From positions 53,957-73,956 of the forward strand of contig JALJEE010002943.1 in NCBI GenBank assembly GCA_023231475.1: a stretch of 20,000 nt of DNA, in the 5' to 3' direction. Made by a program: the position numbers and the translations under genes. Source of the DNA: Seison nebaliae. Lineage: Eukaryota. How positions within the stretch are numbered: position 1 is the stretch's first letter; every line of letters starts with the position of its first letter. The notes below the pieces were generated by a model. It saw only the letters and a program-made list of their open reading frames with translations. It searched no databases and was not told the DNA's origin. Of the stretch, positions 1 through 11,200 are shown piece after piece.

Positions 1-1646
1 ATCAATCTTTTTCATTCCTGTGATTTTATCATATCCATTCGGTTCTACAATATCAACATCATCCAAATCGATTAAATTCTCTTCTTGAATAGTCGGACCA
101 TCATTCTTCTGAAGATGACGATCTTCATCCGTCACATCAACCACATTCAATTGTGGTGTTTGTTTTTCGCTTTGATTCGTCAAACCTGAATTCGCCGGTT
201 TCGCATGAGTCAAAGTGAAAGGCAATTCGATGACAATGTCTTGAGCTAGTGAAACAATTAATTTCACTCTTACTTTGTACATGACGTTAATATAAATATC
301 TTTATTTGAACTATACCTATTTGGAGAATGAAAAAAAAATTTAAAATAAAAAAAATTTAAAACAAAACAAATTGTAAAATAAAAAAATAAAACTTTGTTG
401 ATGATGCAAGATTGGTATCTTCATGTTTCAATTTACCATCTAATGCTAATCCTCGTTTATCTTTATTGTTGATGAGCAGAGGAATCATTGTATAAACTTT
501 GGAGAATGTGGAACTTGGATGAATAGGAAATCCAGCTCTTGAATATTTGAATAGTGGAATAAATTATGGAAAAATTAATTTGAAAAAAATGTTTTCTTAC
601 TAACTCATTCTCAATTTCAGCTACATTACATTTATAACTTCCAACGGCAAAAAAGCAAATATCAGAAAATTGTCGAATTGCCATTTTAATTTTTTTGATT
701 GTCTTATTTGAATTATTTGTCACTTGAACATTCACATTAATCGGTTCTCCATGATAATACATCTGATGGAGATGATATTGATTAATCAGTCGTAGAGACA
801 AAAAAAATTATTAACTTCTCTATCTAGAGAACATTCAAGATGTAGAGGTGCTGGTGACATAAGAAACTCTTTATGAACTTCGACATTCGGTTGAGGTGCT
901 AATGGATATGGCGGGAGATATGATAATTTCCTAATAGCTAATCGAACGCAACATCTAAAAAATATTTAGAAGAAAATAAAATGGAGAAAAATTGATAAGA
1001 CATCATTTAACTTCTTCATCGGTTTCTCATCCGGATAGTTTGCCATAAACGATTTCAATTCGAAATCAATACCACATGGTTTCACCATGTCGTTAGGTCC
1101 GGGTTGTAATGTGACAGATGAAGGAGTATTTTGAGGAATCTAAAATTTAAATAATCGATTAGTTGATATAGAATGGTATTAGGAAGAAGTGAAGGAATAC
1201 TTCAAAATAGAATGGATGTGCATTACTCCCCAACTTCTTTATTAGACGTTGTTGTAAATAAGTGAGTGCTGATTGGTTTTCATGTTCGACAACTGGATAA
1301 ACTTGTTTTGTTGCAGAGAATAAATCTTTTCGGAAACTGAGTCCAAGAACATCCAAATCATCACGTCCATAACGAAAGGCGCAGACGATTTGCACGAAAA
1401 CTTTATATTTCTTCTCTCTCAAATATTCTGGATCGATAAGAACGACACCATCCACCGGATCACACAATGTCCCATGATCGATGAAGTCTCGTTTCCCTAA
1501 ATATGCTGTTAACTTTCCATTGGGACAAGCCTTTTTAAAAACTCTAAAAAAAGAAGAATTCTTTCGAGAAGACGAAAGAGGAAGATAGACCTCGTTCCAC
1601 TTTTATCATGAGAAATGCCTCTTTCTTTCTCATCATTCTCATTCAT
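1..1646 (-). CDS. ARRB: Beta-arrestin (non-visual arrestin, kurtz/ARR-1-like), 3'-truncated by the window edge; exons 1646-1591, 1543-1201, 1139-1012, 954-816, 762-605, 537-394, 316-1
   Basis: Six GT-AG introns (47, 61, 57, 53, 67, 77 nt) join the exons with consistent phases into 428 uninterrupted codons. Translation: [42 protein letters not shown]...[21 protein letters not shown]...[10 protein letters not shown]...[10 protein letters not shown]...VRLAIRK...[25 protein letters not shown]...[23 protein letters not shown]...YKVRVKL...[11 protein letters not shown]...NLIDLD. These are hallmark arrestin N- and C-domain motifs. Confidence 0.97.
61..75 (-). other. Clathrin-box motif (LIDLD) in the arrestin C-tail
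   Basis: The codons tta atc gat ttg gat encode LIDLD, matching the L-phi-x-phi-[DE] clathrin box (LIELD in vertebrate beta-arrestin 1) at the expected C-tail position. Confidence 0.75.
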
Positions 1647-3122
1647 CTTTCCTCAAATTACCACGTCCAAAAAGTCATGTCCAATAAATTAATTTGTGTG
1701 TTCGAATTATTTCAATGAATGTTATTTTGGGGGGGTGGAATGGAGAAGGGGAGGGATATTAAATTATATACAAATATCTTTCATTGGAAAATTAAATGAG
1801 AAATTATAATTTAATTAAAAATTGTTAAAATTAATTTACAGAAATCAAATTAAGACATGTTGAGAAGAGAAAATGAAGAAACATTTTTATTCAATTCATT
1901 CGGTTTAAAAGATAATTCGAATTCTTTCTAAATATTTCTCCCATTCAATGAAACGGATCAATCACATCGGCCATCCCTCTCCCTTATTTTCCTCTTACTT
2001 AGCCTAGTCAACCAAATAGGAACACATGATCAACTACAATCGTCAAAATGTATTACTTTCATTTACATGATGAATAGCTAATCAGTGTATGTCCGTACTT
2101 TTAAATGATTGATTGATTGAGGGAAAATAAGGAGAAAATCTCATTAAGGCACAATGAGAAGAGGAAATCGAAAGTTGAACATTTATACATTTGACGATTT
2201 TGTGTGGCTTCTTGCCCTTTCTCTTCTTCCAACCAAAACACCCATCTTCATGTTCATATTCAATTTTTCCTCCTTCGGAACACTAACAAGTATTTGTATA
2301 TCTCAACTATACACATACGATCCTATACATACTCTCAACTTTGAGATGTATGTGTGACTGATGAAAAAGGAAAGTGAGAATAACAGTCCCTTCACTTCAA
2401 CACACAACACACTTATTTATCCCATTCTCCATTTTCCGAATTTAAAGGAAAAGCGTGCTTCGAAAATATATCAATTAAATTTCGGCTAATTCTCATTCGT
2501 CCTATTTATAAGTGTTATTCGGTTTTTGGGCAACTACGTAGGTGAGAGTTAAGATTTATACTTCCAATTAACTAATGAATAGACAATAACATAAATTTAT
2601 AATTTCCTTATATGAATTTTATCGAATCGCTCAAAATGTCGTACCATATAAATTCCCTCCGACAATTTAAGTAGCAAAGAGAAAATATGATAAAATAATA
2701 CCAATCTAAATATTTCTAAAAGGGTTTTATGTTCGACGAAGGAGAATTATATGGTTCAATCGCTTTAAACATCTTCATTTGCAAGGGTCATTAATAATTA
2801 AATTTAATGGTGAGTACAACCAGTTCATAGTTTCTTTTTCAGATTATGTCAAATTTTTGAATTAATTTTTGACACTGAATCAAGGATTAGTTTTAAAATT
2901 CGATCGCAATATTTTGGAACATCGTATAACATATTTGAACAATTGAAAGGTGAATACTCAAAAGGAGGGAAGGTAAACCGTAAAATTAATATATTTAATT
3001 TATTCTAATCATGAAAAAATTGATACTGTTTTGAAAAGAACTTTTTATTCGTTTAATTAGTTTTTTATTCAAGAATTTATGGAGAAATATTATCATAATA
3101 AAGAATAGAGAGTAGGTAATAA

Positions 3123-3727
3123 TTAAGTTTCTGCTTGACAAATAATATAAGTTGTAACAATCGTAATCATAAAATTCAAAATTCCATAAGATATGTAGTA
3201 TCCAAATATCCATTTTTTAGTAAAATCTTGGATTACTAGGTAACCATGAGTTTTTACCAAATTGAAAAAGAATAAACCTGCAACTCCAACCGTAACGATG
3301 CTTAATAAAATGTACTATTATTAGATAGTTTAAATGAAAGGTCGGAAATGAGGGAATTATTAACCGCCGTTAGAATAACAGTATTAATGTGGAGATAGCC
3401 CAGGAAGCTAATAAATGTAACAAGAAATATGTACAAGGTAAAAAGTAGAAGTAAAGTACCAAATGTGATACCATTTGGTCGGTTTTCAACTGTTGTCAAC
3501 TTATAAATTCCTTGCATATGAAAACTAATAACGACCAATAGAAAGGAATGACACATCTTGAAGATGTAATAAAGGAGGATAAATAAAATAAAAATTCCAA
3601 TTTTACATTAATTAAACTTAACTAATATTATACCACTGGTAGCTAGTAAAATATACCTAAGTTTTCGCCCAAATGGATCTAAATCCCTTAAAAAAAATTT
3701 CTTGTGGTAGTGCAAACTTCTATCCAT
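3123..3727 (-). CDS. Small four-transmembrane, tetraspanin-like protein (162 aa); exons 3727-3623, 3556-3365, 3314-3123
   Basis: Two phase-0 GT-AG introns (66 and 50 nt) give an ATG-to-TAA frame: MDRSLHYHKKFFLRDLDPFGRKLRYILLATSGIIL|MCHSFLLVVISFHMQGIYKLTTVENRPNGITFGTLLLLFTLYIFLVTFISFLGYLHINTVILTA|YILLSIVTVGVAGLFFFNLVKTHGYLVIQDFTKKWIFGYYISYGILNFMITIVTTYIICQAET*. It has four hydrophobic segments. The gene model is well supported; the family assignment is inference. Confidence 0.8.
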
Positions 3728-4019
3728 GACAATTCGAATGTAATATGAATTAAATGAAAATAAACGATGTAAATCAATTAGAGAATTAAAATTAAAATGT
3801 GCAAAAAAATTTCAATTGGAATAGTAATGTGTTTCATTATAATTATTATAACAGAAGTCATAATTATCATTGAAACAATCAAACAAAGTTGCACATCAAT
3901 TATAACATTGATCATGACTTAAATTCGATTATTTCTGAAAACATAACATAACCTTAATTTATTAATTCTAATAATATGAATTTCGTTCCTTATTTAAAAA
4001 ATTGAATTGGTTAAGTTAA

Positions 4020-4419
4020 CCCTTAAGAAGTAGTTAACCCATATTTTCACTATTTAAGTTTTCTCATTTATATTTCGTCCATTTTAAGATTATTACTGTA
4101 TAATCTACAATGTAATAGTTAAAAGAGATCTTTGTCCGTTCGGTTAAAAGTCCCCCTAATAATATCCTTCTAATTATATTTATATTAATGAAATTGTTAA
4201 CAAAATTTTTTTTTAAATGGTAAAATGGGTTTACTTCATTTTTTTTCTACCAAAAACTAGCAATTTTGTTTTTTAAAGGAAACGGGTTAACTTCTCTCAG
4301 TTTAGAGAAAAGAGGGTTAACATGTTTCTTTTTGCTTAAAAGGGGGTTAACTTCATTCTTTTTGGCAAGGTTAACATCTTTCTTTTTCGATGAGTATGGG
4401 TTAAACTACTCCTTAAGGG
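4020..4419. mobile_element. Non-autonomous piggyBac-like DNA transposon (MITE), 400 bp
   Basis: Left end TTAA(4016-4019)|CCCTTAAGAAGTAGTTAACCCATA; right end TATGGGTTAAACTACTCCTTAAGGG|TTAA(4420-4423). The terminal inverted repeats are 24/25 bp with one mismatch and one indel. CCCT...AGGG termini and TTAA flanks are the piggyBac signature. No transposase ORF inside. Confidence 0.75.
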
Positions 4420-4424
4420 TTAAC
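4227..4424 (+). repeat. Array of about 7 GGGTTAAC-like subterminal motifs, several spaced 30 bp apart
   Basis: Motifs start at 4227 (gggtttac), 4284, 4314, 4344, 4369 (ggttaac), 4398 (gggttaaac) and 4417, mostly followed by a T-rich stretch. Inverted copies (gttaaccc) occur at 4015 and 4033. Confidence 0.85.
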
Positions 4425-5968
4425 TCCTTTCTGGAACTCAAAAAATTGGTATTATGTTTGTTTCTGATTTGGTAGTATTGTTTGTATCTTCCATTAATCC
4501 TATCGATCATAATTATAGTATTTTTAAATTGTTAATATATGAAATATTATGTGAAAATTGTTAATAGAATAATAGTGTTTCCCAATACTGTAGTACAGTT
4601 TTTTATATCATACCTTTTTATATTTTTAATGGCAAAGATACAGGTGTAAAATTCAATTAAATGATCTCCCTCATTTTTATAATTTCCGGATAAAAAGATA
4701 AGGAAATCTCTGATACAGTTGATATAAGTACACTAAGAGAAAAATAATGTTTGGTCAATAAGTTACAGTAAGAAGTGATTAAGTATAAATTTCGTTCATG
4801 TCAATTCATTATTTGAAGTTGCACAACATCATTTTAATCCTACTGTTTACTCCAATTTGCTTCATTTTATTAAGAAAAATAGAAGAGAAGTTAAGAAATT
4901 AGAATATGCATTATTTGAAAGATTGTCGTGTGTTTGTGTGAAAACTTAGAGAACAAAATAGTAGAGTAGTGACTGGGTGTCAGACTTGGGGTATCGTATA
5001 GACATAGTATATGGAAATTTGAAGAGAGGTTTGGTTATGGAAGGGAGAGGAATATAAAATAGAGGGAAAATGCAGAAAGTAAATTTGATTAATGTTCAAT
5101 ATTGTCTTATGATTAATAAATGTGTTGATGAAGGAGAACAATGGAATAATATTATTTGATTCATAGAATGAATAAATTAACAGGGAAATAAATTTATCCG
5201 ACATATTAAATAATAAGAAATGGTGAATTTATATTTATTAAGAATAGCTGGATACCTTAAGGGATCAATCAATAATTAATGGAATAATGGCACGTTACTA
5301 TTGGGATGCACCAAAAAAAATGTATAAACTAACTATGATGAAAAACAATTGCTGGAACAATTGTTCAGTTAATATCAAATTTAATTCCTGTCAGAAATAT
5401 AAAAGATTTTCATTCTCTTATTAATTCAAATGATTGTACCGTAGATTTTCTTAGATACGTTTCTATTCAACTTTTAGAATATTGTGTATTTTTTCTCTGA
5501 TAAACATTTGGTAGGAATTGGCAATGGCATTTGTAGGAATTGACATAATAAAAATTTGGTAATTCTATACGAGAATCTTTTGATTCATCAACCATTTGGT
5601 TTAGGGTAGAATGAACAATTTAACTTTAACGGAAATTGAACAAATCGATTGTTGAAATCATATCTACAATCTAAACTTTCCTTTCCAAACAATCAGTATT
5701 TGATTCTATTAGAGTCATGGTCGAGTTCGTCGTTTGGTTGTCAGTGGAGGAATGCAAGAATCCATAAATTAATTCATTTTTCTTTTCAATTAGTCATTCC
5801 TTTTGTCGTTTTTCTTCTGTCATCTTTCTTCATTTTAGTTATTGCATAAAACGAATAAGAAATAGAAAGGAAACGATATTCATCGACTCTTAATCATTCT
5901 GAGGAGACAGGAGACGAGCACATGGTTTACTAATCTTAAAAGAAAATATTGGAATATGTTAGTAGCGG

Positions 5969-5976
5969 TATAAAAG
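5969..5976 (+). promoter_or_regulatory. Candidate TATA box upstream of a putative first exon ending at donor 6170|gtaatg
   Basis: The sequence gcggTATAAAAGatgg is a full TATAWAWR match about 200 nt before a good donor (GAG|gtaatg). Such matches are common in AT-rich DNA. Confidence 0.3.
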
Positions 5977-6691
5977 ATGGCATCTTAAGCCAAGCAGAGT
6001 ACATATGTTATTCTTGTAATACGTCAATAAACATGTCAAGGATCAGCTGCAATCGTTTCCTTATTCAATTTATCTTTACTTTATTCAATTTACTGCTTCC
6101 TCTTCTTCAGCATTCTTCATAATAACGTTCATGTATTTATTATTCTTTCTTATCCAACTCGGATGTCGAGGTAATGCATGAGAGGAATGGAATGAAATGG
6201 ATTTTTGTTCCATTTTTTCTTATCGATCATCAGAAAACATGATCGTAAGAGGAAAATTAATAATGTTAACTAACGAATTAATGTAAATCAAATAGTGTTT
6301 TTCTTCAATAAATTCTCGGGATGAGGAAGGAAAGGAAAATCATGAGATGTGTTAATTGTTAGACAGATTAATAAAATGTTTTAAGTGTTAGATTATTAGG
6401 AAATACTTTCAACGAATAATAAAAGTTGAATGTTGAATGTTTTAATTCATTGACATTTGGAGTCGAACTGCTTCTATCTTTCTATTCTCTTTGATTACGT
6501 TTTATTGATAGATCTCTTCGTCAAAAATTACGAAAATGAAGCAAAGATGAACTGGTTGAGAAAGAAATAATGACATAATATAATCGATCAATGGAAACCA
6601 TTCATTCATTGATTTATCACAACAGGAAACGGAACTAATTTTTTACAATTAAACAAATTTCTAAATTTAGAATGACAATTGATAAGGAACA

Positions 6692-7690
6692 ATGTACTAT
6701 GTCTTTAGTCGTCATCGAAAGAAGTCAGAAACACCTACAAAAATAAAAACTTCGTCATTATCTCCTTACAGTTATACATCTTTTGTTCCACTACCCGATA
6801 AAGAAGAACCTCTTGATATTATTAAATTCAACAACAATAACTACAGGCGAAGAAGTCAACAGTTAAAAGAAGATGATGATGCTTCTTATGATGTCAGTGA
6901 TAATGGACAAGATGATGGAGATGATGATGATCATGTAAACTTGGAGGAAAGTAGTAAGGAAAAAGATCGAAATGAAATTCTTGAGAATAATCATCAGAGA
7001 CAACTGGATGAACTGAAGAGAAGAAGTAAGAGAAATTTTGAATATAACAATTCAACAAATTCGTTCTCAAATGTTAATGAAGAAGTTCAACAAACATTTG
7101 AAAGAGATTTCCATCATTCAAACAAAGATAAAACGAAAACAAATCATATAAGAACGTCCATTGAAGGACGTCGTCTTAATTCAGCTTCTAACAACTATAT
7201 TAACATTGGCAGGACTATCTCTTCTTTAAACCGTTCTTTAGAGAAACCGTCGTCAAACAGAGATAAATACCATACTGGTCAGCATCATAAACATCATCAC
7301 AAACAACATCGTCGAAACAAGAGTGAACTGGAGAGAAACCGAAATAATAGTCATCATCATCATCACCATCGTCGTGGACGCCACCATCATCATCATCATC
7401 ATAAGAACGATAATCACAGATCCTATCCTTATTATCATAAATACCAAGAAAGGAGACAAATTAGAAACGATAAAAAGAAATCATTCGAAGATTTTTCTTC
7501 GTCCATCGAATCTTTGTCATCTGCTGCCGGACTAGAACGACGTCTTCGTGAGAAAAACATAAAACAGTTATCAGTTGAGAAGAATAATTCTGAAAAAGAT
7601 ATACATTCCACTCCAACTAAAATGCGATCAATCGATTTAAAAGAAATCAATTTCGAAAATTTCGAACCCGAAAACAAATGTCAAAGTTAG
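6692..7690 (+). CDS. Low-complexity hydrophilic His/Arg/Asn/Asp-rich coding exon (332 aa if unspliced); possibly an alternative N-terminal exon of the M6 gene via the donor at 7685|gttagt
   Basis: A 999-nt open frame in DNA where random ORFs are short. It contains poly-His and poly-Asp runs and has an acceptor-like tttag 21 nt before the ATG with in-frame stops upstream. No recognisable domain. Confidence 0.7.
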   Translation: MYYVFSRHRKKSETPTKIKTSSLSPYSYTSFVPLPDKEEPLDIIKFNNNNYRRRSQQLKEDDDASYDVSDNGQDDGDDDDHVNLEESSKEKDRNEILENNHQRQLDELKRRSKRNFEYNNSTNSFSNVNEEVQQTFERDFHHSNKDKTKTNHIRTSIEGRRLNSASNNYINIGRTISSLNRSLEKPSSNRDKYHTGQHHKHHHKQHRRNKSELERNRNNSHHHHHHRRGRHHHHHHHKNDNHRSYPYYHKYQERRQIRNDKKKSFEDFSSSIESLSSAAGLERRLREKNIKQLSVEKNNSEKDIHSTPTKMRSIDLKEINFENFEPENKCQS

Positions 7691-8196
7691 TTTCCATTTT
7701 TCTTTGTTCACCTTCTCAAAGGGACATGAATAACCACAAATTATTATATTGACAATGTTCAATTATTTTATGTGAGATAAAATTTTTTATCTTCAATTGC
7801 CCAAAGGGAATTTAAAGTTTTAATTAATAAAATAAATTATAAAGCTGAAAAAAACGAATGAGAAAAGACTCTTGAGAATAATCACAGATAAATTACACTG
7901 ATCATACACTGAAAATTTCACCACCTATTTGACTTATATACGAATTGCATAATAAGACCGAACAATAATAACTTCTTCAGAAAATTCTAATAAAGAACTA
8001 GTATAATATTTATATAAAACTGAAATTTTAATATTTTTTCTTACAATGTACCAGTTTTAATTGGTAATATCATTTAAATTAAGAAATGTATAATATTGTG
8101 TAATGAACAATGTTATCCTCTTTCAATTTTTATTTTTCTTTCAATATATTATATTAATTTATTATTATTTACCCCGCGGGGATTTGTTATTTTAAA

Positions 8197-8221
8197 TAAA
8201 AAAAAAAAAAAAAAAAAAAAA
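8197..8221 (+). repeat. Poly(A) tract (A25)
   Basis: 25 consecutive A residues, overlapping an AATAAA and 16 nt downstream of the palindrome cccgcggg. Confidence 0.9.
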
Positions 8222-11200
8222 TATATGTTTTTAGTTCGAATAGTCTGATATCTCCATGTTCTTATCATGTAATACCATTAAACATTAAACATGTATTAAA
8301 AATGGTATTTTGAATATTTTAAATTAAGGAAAATTTTTGTTCTGGATGATTTATAATCAATCATTTCAACGAATAATTTAGTTGTTGTTGATCCTTAGAA
8401 ATCGTTTCCATAACTCCTGATGTTTTCCGGTTTTATTCATTAAATTTCAGTTTCCATTCCAGATTTATTCGGCACAGATTATTAATTTGATTAAATTTAA
8501 TTTTCTCTTCTTCTTTACGTAAGAGGGACAATCATGAAATGTTGAATAATCCTCTTAATGTAATTAATTTTTCATATGTGATGTGTCAAGTATTTTACTT
8601 TTATATTAACTAAACTTTTAAATATGACCTTGTAGCACCTCTTAACATTAGCCCACGAGAAATTAGACGGTGACCTTTCCCATATTAATAGTTCTTTCTC
8701 ATTATTGTAGTTTTGGAAATATATTTCATCACATTCATCTAGAATAAATAGAAAAGAAACAGCTTTTTCAGTGAAGTAAAATTTTAACTTAAAATTTTTG
8801 CTCACCAGAATTATATTTCTAATTTGCTGGAATAACTAACAAGTAAGATAATATAATTCATATTGTAAGACAATGCATAGTTATACATGTTTAAAGCGTT
8901 AGTAAGTGATAACTAGTAACGACAATAAATTTTTAATGTTTAACATTATTTATAAAAAGTTAAATAAATACATAATATATTTTGATAATAGAATAGATAG
9001 AATAGATTAACGTGACAGCATAGGACATGGTTAAGTCACCTTGTGAGAGACGTATTTTATTTTGTACAAACAAAATTTTAAAAATGTATAATAAAAGTTG
9101 AATTAACAAATTTAAAAAAATAACTTAATACTAACATCTTAACATTTTAGTTTGTTAGGAATTCATGTCAAATTCGATTCTATTCAATTACGTAGTAAGT
9201 GCATAGTATATATTATGTTGTGTTATATTATTAGAATTCTTTAACGTAAATAAATGAAATTAATTTTCAGAAGAATATTCTTGTAGGAAATAATATGGCC
9301 GTTCGAATGGTCAACAAGAAACTATTCATAAGAAATGATTGAGTAGTAGATATATGTAATTTCCATAAGGCAATCATTTTAAGATAGACTTCAACATAAA
9401 TATTTATTCCCTTATTATTATTCACTTCCGTTAATCAATAACAGAAGTAATTCAAGAAGAAGATAAAATGGAGCAGAGTAAGATATATCTTAAGAGTTTT
9501 CGTACAAAAACATTAGTCTGTTTTCTGAATTAATTTTCGATGGTATGATTTATTTATTTGCTCATGCTCTTAACATCCGAAGTGATTGTATTGATTTGCC
9601 ATCACATGACGGAATATAATAGATAATTCATCACATGTCGATGCAATAGAGATTGCACACTGAACTATCATGACGAAGAATGATAATTCATCTGAATTTT
9701 AGTTAGAGCTCCATTTCTTAACTGACGAATATTACAGAAATTTACGATAAGATCTAATCTAGCTCTCGGATAATAATGTGTTCTTTTTCTTCGTAATTTG
9801 GGAAGTTTACGAACTATATTTGCTTCAATTAAAATTTTCTTTTTCTCACAATTAAAATGGAAAAGTGGGAAAATTACTTGACGTTCTTTTCGACACCCTC
9901 TTGTGTTTTTGTTTGGAAGAAGAATAAATAGAGAATAATTAATTTTCATTACGTAATTCCTTTAGAACTGAATCAGAAGAGTCACGAAAAATCAAAAGGA
10001 AAATCGTTTAAGTAGTTCGAACCTGAATTGTTTTTTTCAATGTTTACCTTGGTCAGCATTTGTTGCAGCATAATTATTTTAAGTGCAACCTTTCAATGAG
10101 GTAACTGATGATGCTAATGAACTATTCCACGATTTTTCAATTTAACATGTTACTGGGAAATTCTAAATAAAATTAATGAAAGGAATATTAATGTTATTAT
10201 CAAACTGATTTATAGTTCTCATCTAGGAAACTATTAAAAAACCAACCTCCTTCCCATTATATTATTTTTAAGGATGACAAGAATATCTTGTACAAACCAA
10301 GTACATTACTTTCAGTACGTCATACGACAATTTTGGTTGAATTCAACTCCTAAAATCGGTTGTACGGAATTACTGTTTTATCATTATCTTGAAGTAAGAG
10401 TAATAATGTCCAAGAGGAAATACGATAATATTTTTTTGCAACAAAGTTATTATGTATTTTTTCTTTCTATTTTTGATACTGTTCTTAAGAGAATCTGGAA
10501 TTGTGTTCGATTGAACATTCTCCAGTTAATTCTAGGAGAGATTCTGTCAACATTAATTATCTGCAATTCCATATTATGTATGATTTATGCATAATTACAT
10601 AAGTAATCTCTATTCATCCATGTTTAACGATGTCAGACTAACCTATTCCCACAATGACATCTGATGAAATAATTTTATGTTATGCTTATTTCCTCAATTT
10701 ACGACTCCACTCTTCTTAACTTCTAAAAGGAATAGTCTAACGCATATCAATCTTGTCGTTTTTGATTTACCTAAATTTGCATAATCGAATTGAATCGTGT
10801 GAAAAGAGTGAAATAGCAATAAAATTCTGGAGAAAATAATTGTAAGAAAAAAATGTTTCTTGTACTTACTATAATACTTCTTCTCAAAGCGAAGTGAAAG
10901 CGAAATGACCTGATATGTTTCCCAAAAAATAAATCCAGAAGACCAACCCTTCACTGTATATTTGGGTTAATAGTCATAAATGTTTGTATTTCAAATGAGG
11001 AATGATTGAGTGTTGAGTTAGGACATTATCATCACTTTCCCATTGGAATCCAATTTGAAAACCAAAATTGTTAATTAAACCGCTTCGTTCAGATGTCTCT
11101 TTTCCTATTAATTTTTAATTAATTCATTTGATAACGTCAACGTTTAGTAGAATTGTTTCTAGGAGGAAAGAGATATTTTAGTACCAACTAACCAGTATTG

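Noticed and set aside
2810..2842. Intron-like gtgagt...tttttcag of 33 nt on the plus strand
   Set aside because: The flanking frames hit stops quickly and no gene model results.
2995..3213. 72-aa minus-strand ORF
   Set aside because: It overlaps the last exon of the 4-TM gene in a different frame. The spliced frame explains the region better.
4227..4424. Periodic GGGTTAAC motifs as a CRISPR-like or telomeric array
   Set aside because: The repeat core is only about 8 nt, the spacers resemble one another, the context is eukaryotic with no cas genes, and the motifs sit inside terminal inverted repeats.
4266..4475. 69-aa ORF with repeated GLTSFF
   Set aside because: It is a translation by-product of the MITE subterminal repeats and starts at TTG.
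4980..5849. Short ORFs 4980-5204 and 5649-5849, and small direct repeats near 5507-5544
   Set aside because: No homology cues or coherent exon structure.
7253..7677. Overlapping ORFs 7253-7459, 7323-7535 and 7435-7677
   Set aside because: They are shadow frames of the CAT-repeat-rich real ORF at 6692-7690.
8572..8805. ORF containing FILDECDEI, resembling a Walker B or DECD-box motif
   Set aside because: No other helicase or ATPase motifs are nearby, the start is GTG, and adjacent frames are broken by stops. At best a decayed fragment.
9668..10954. ORFs 9668-9949, 10274-10594 and 10694-10954
   Set aside because: No recognisable motifs, composition typical of random AT-rich ORFs, and no consistent splice chain found.
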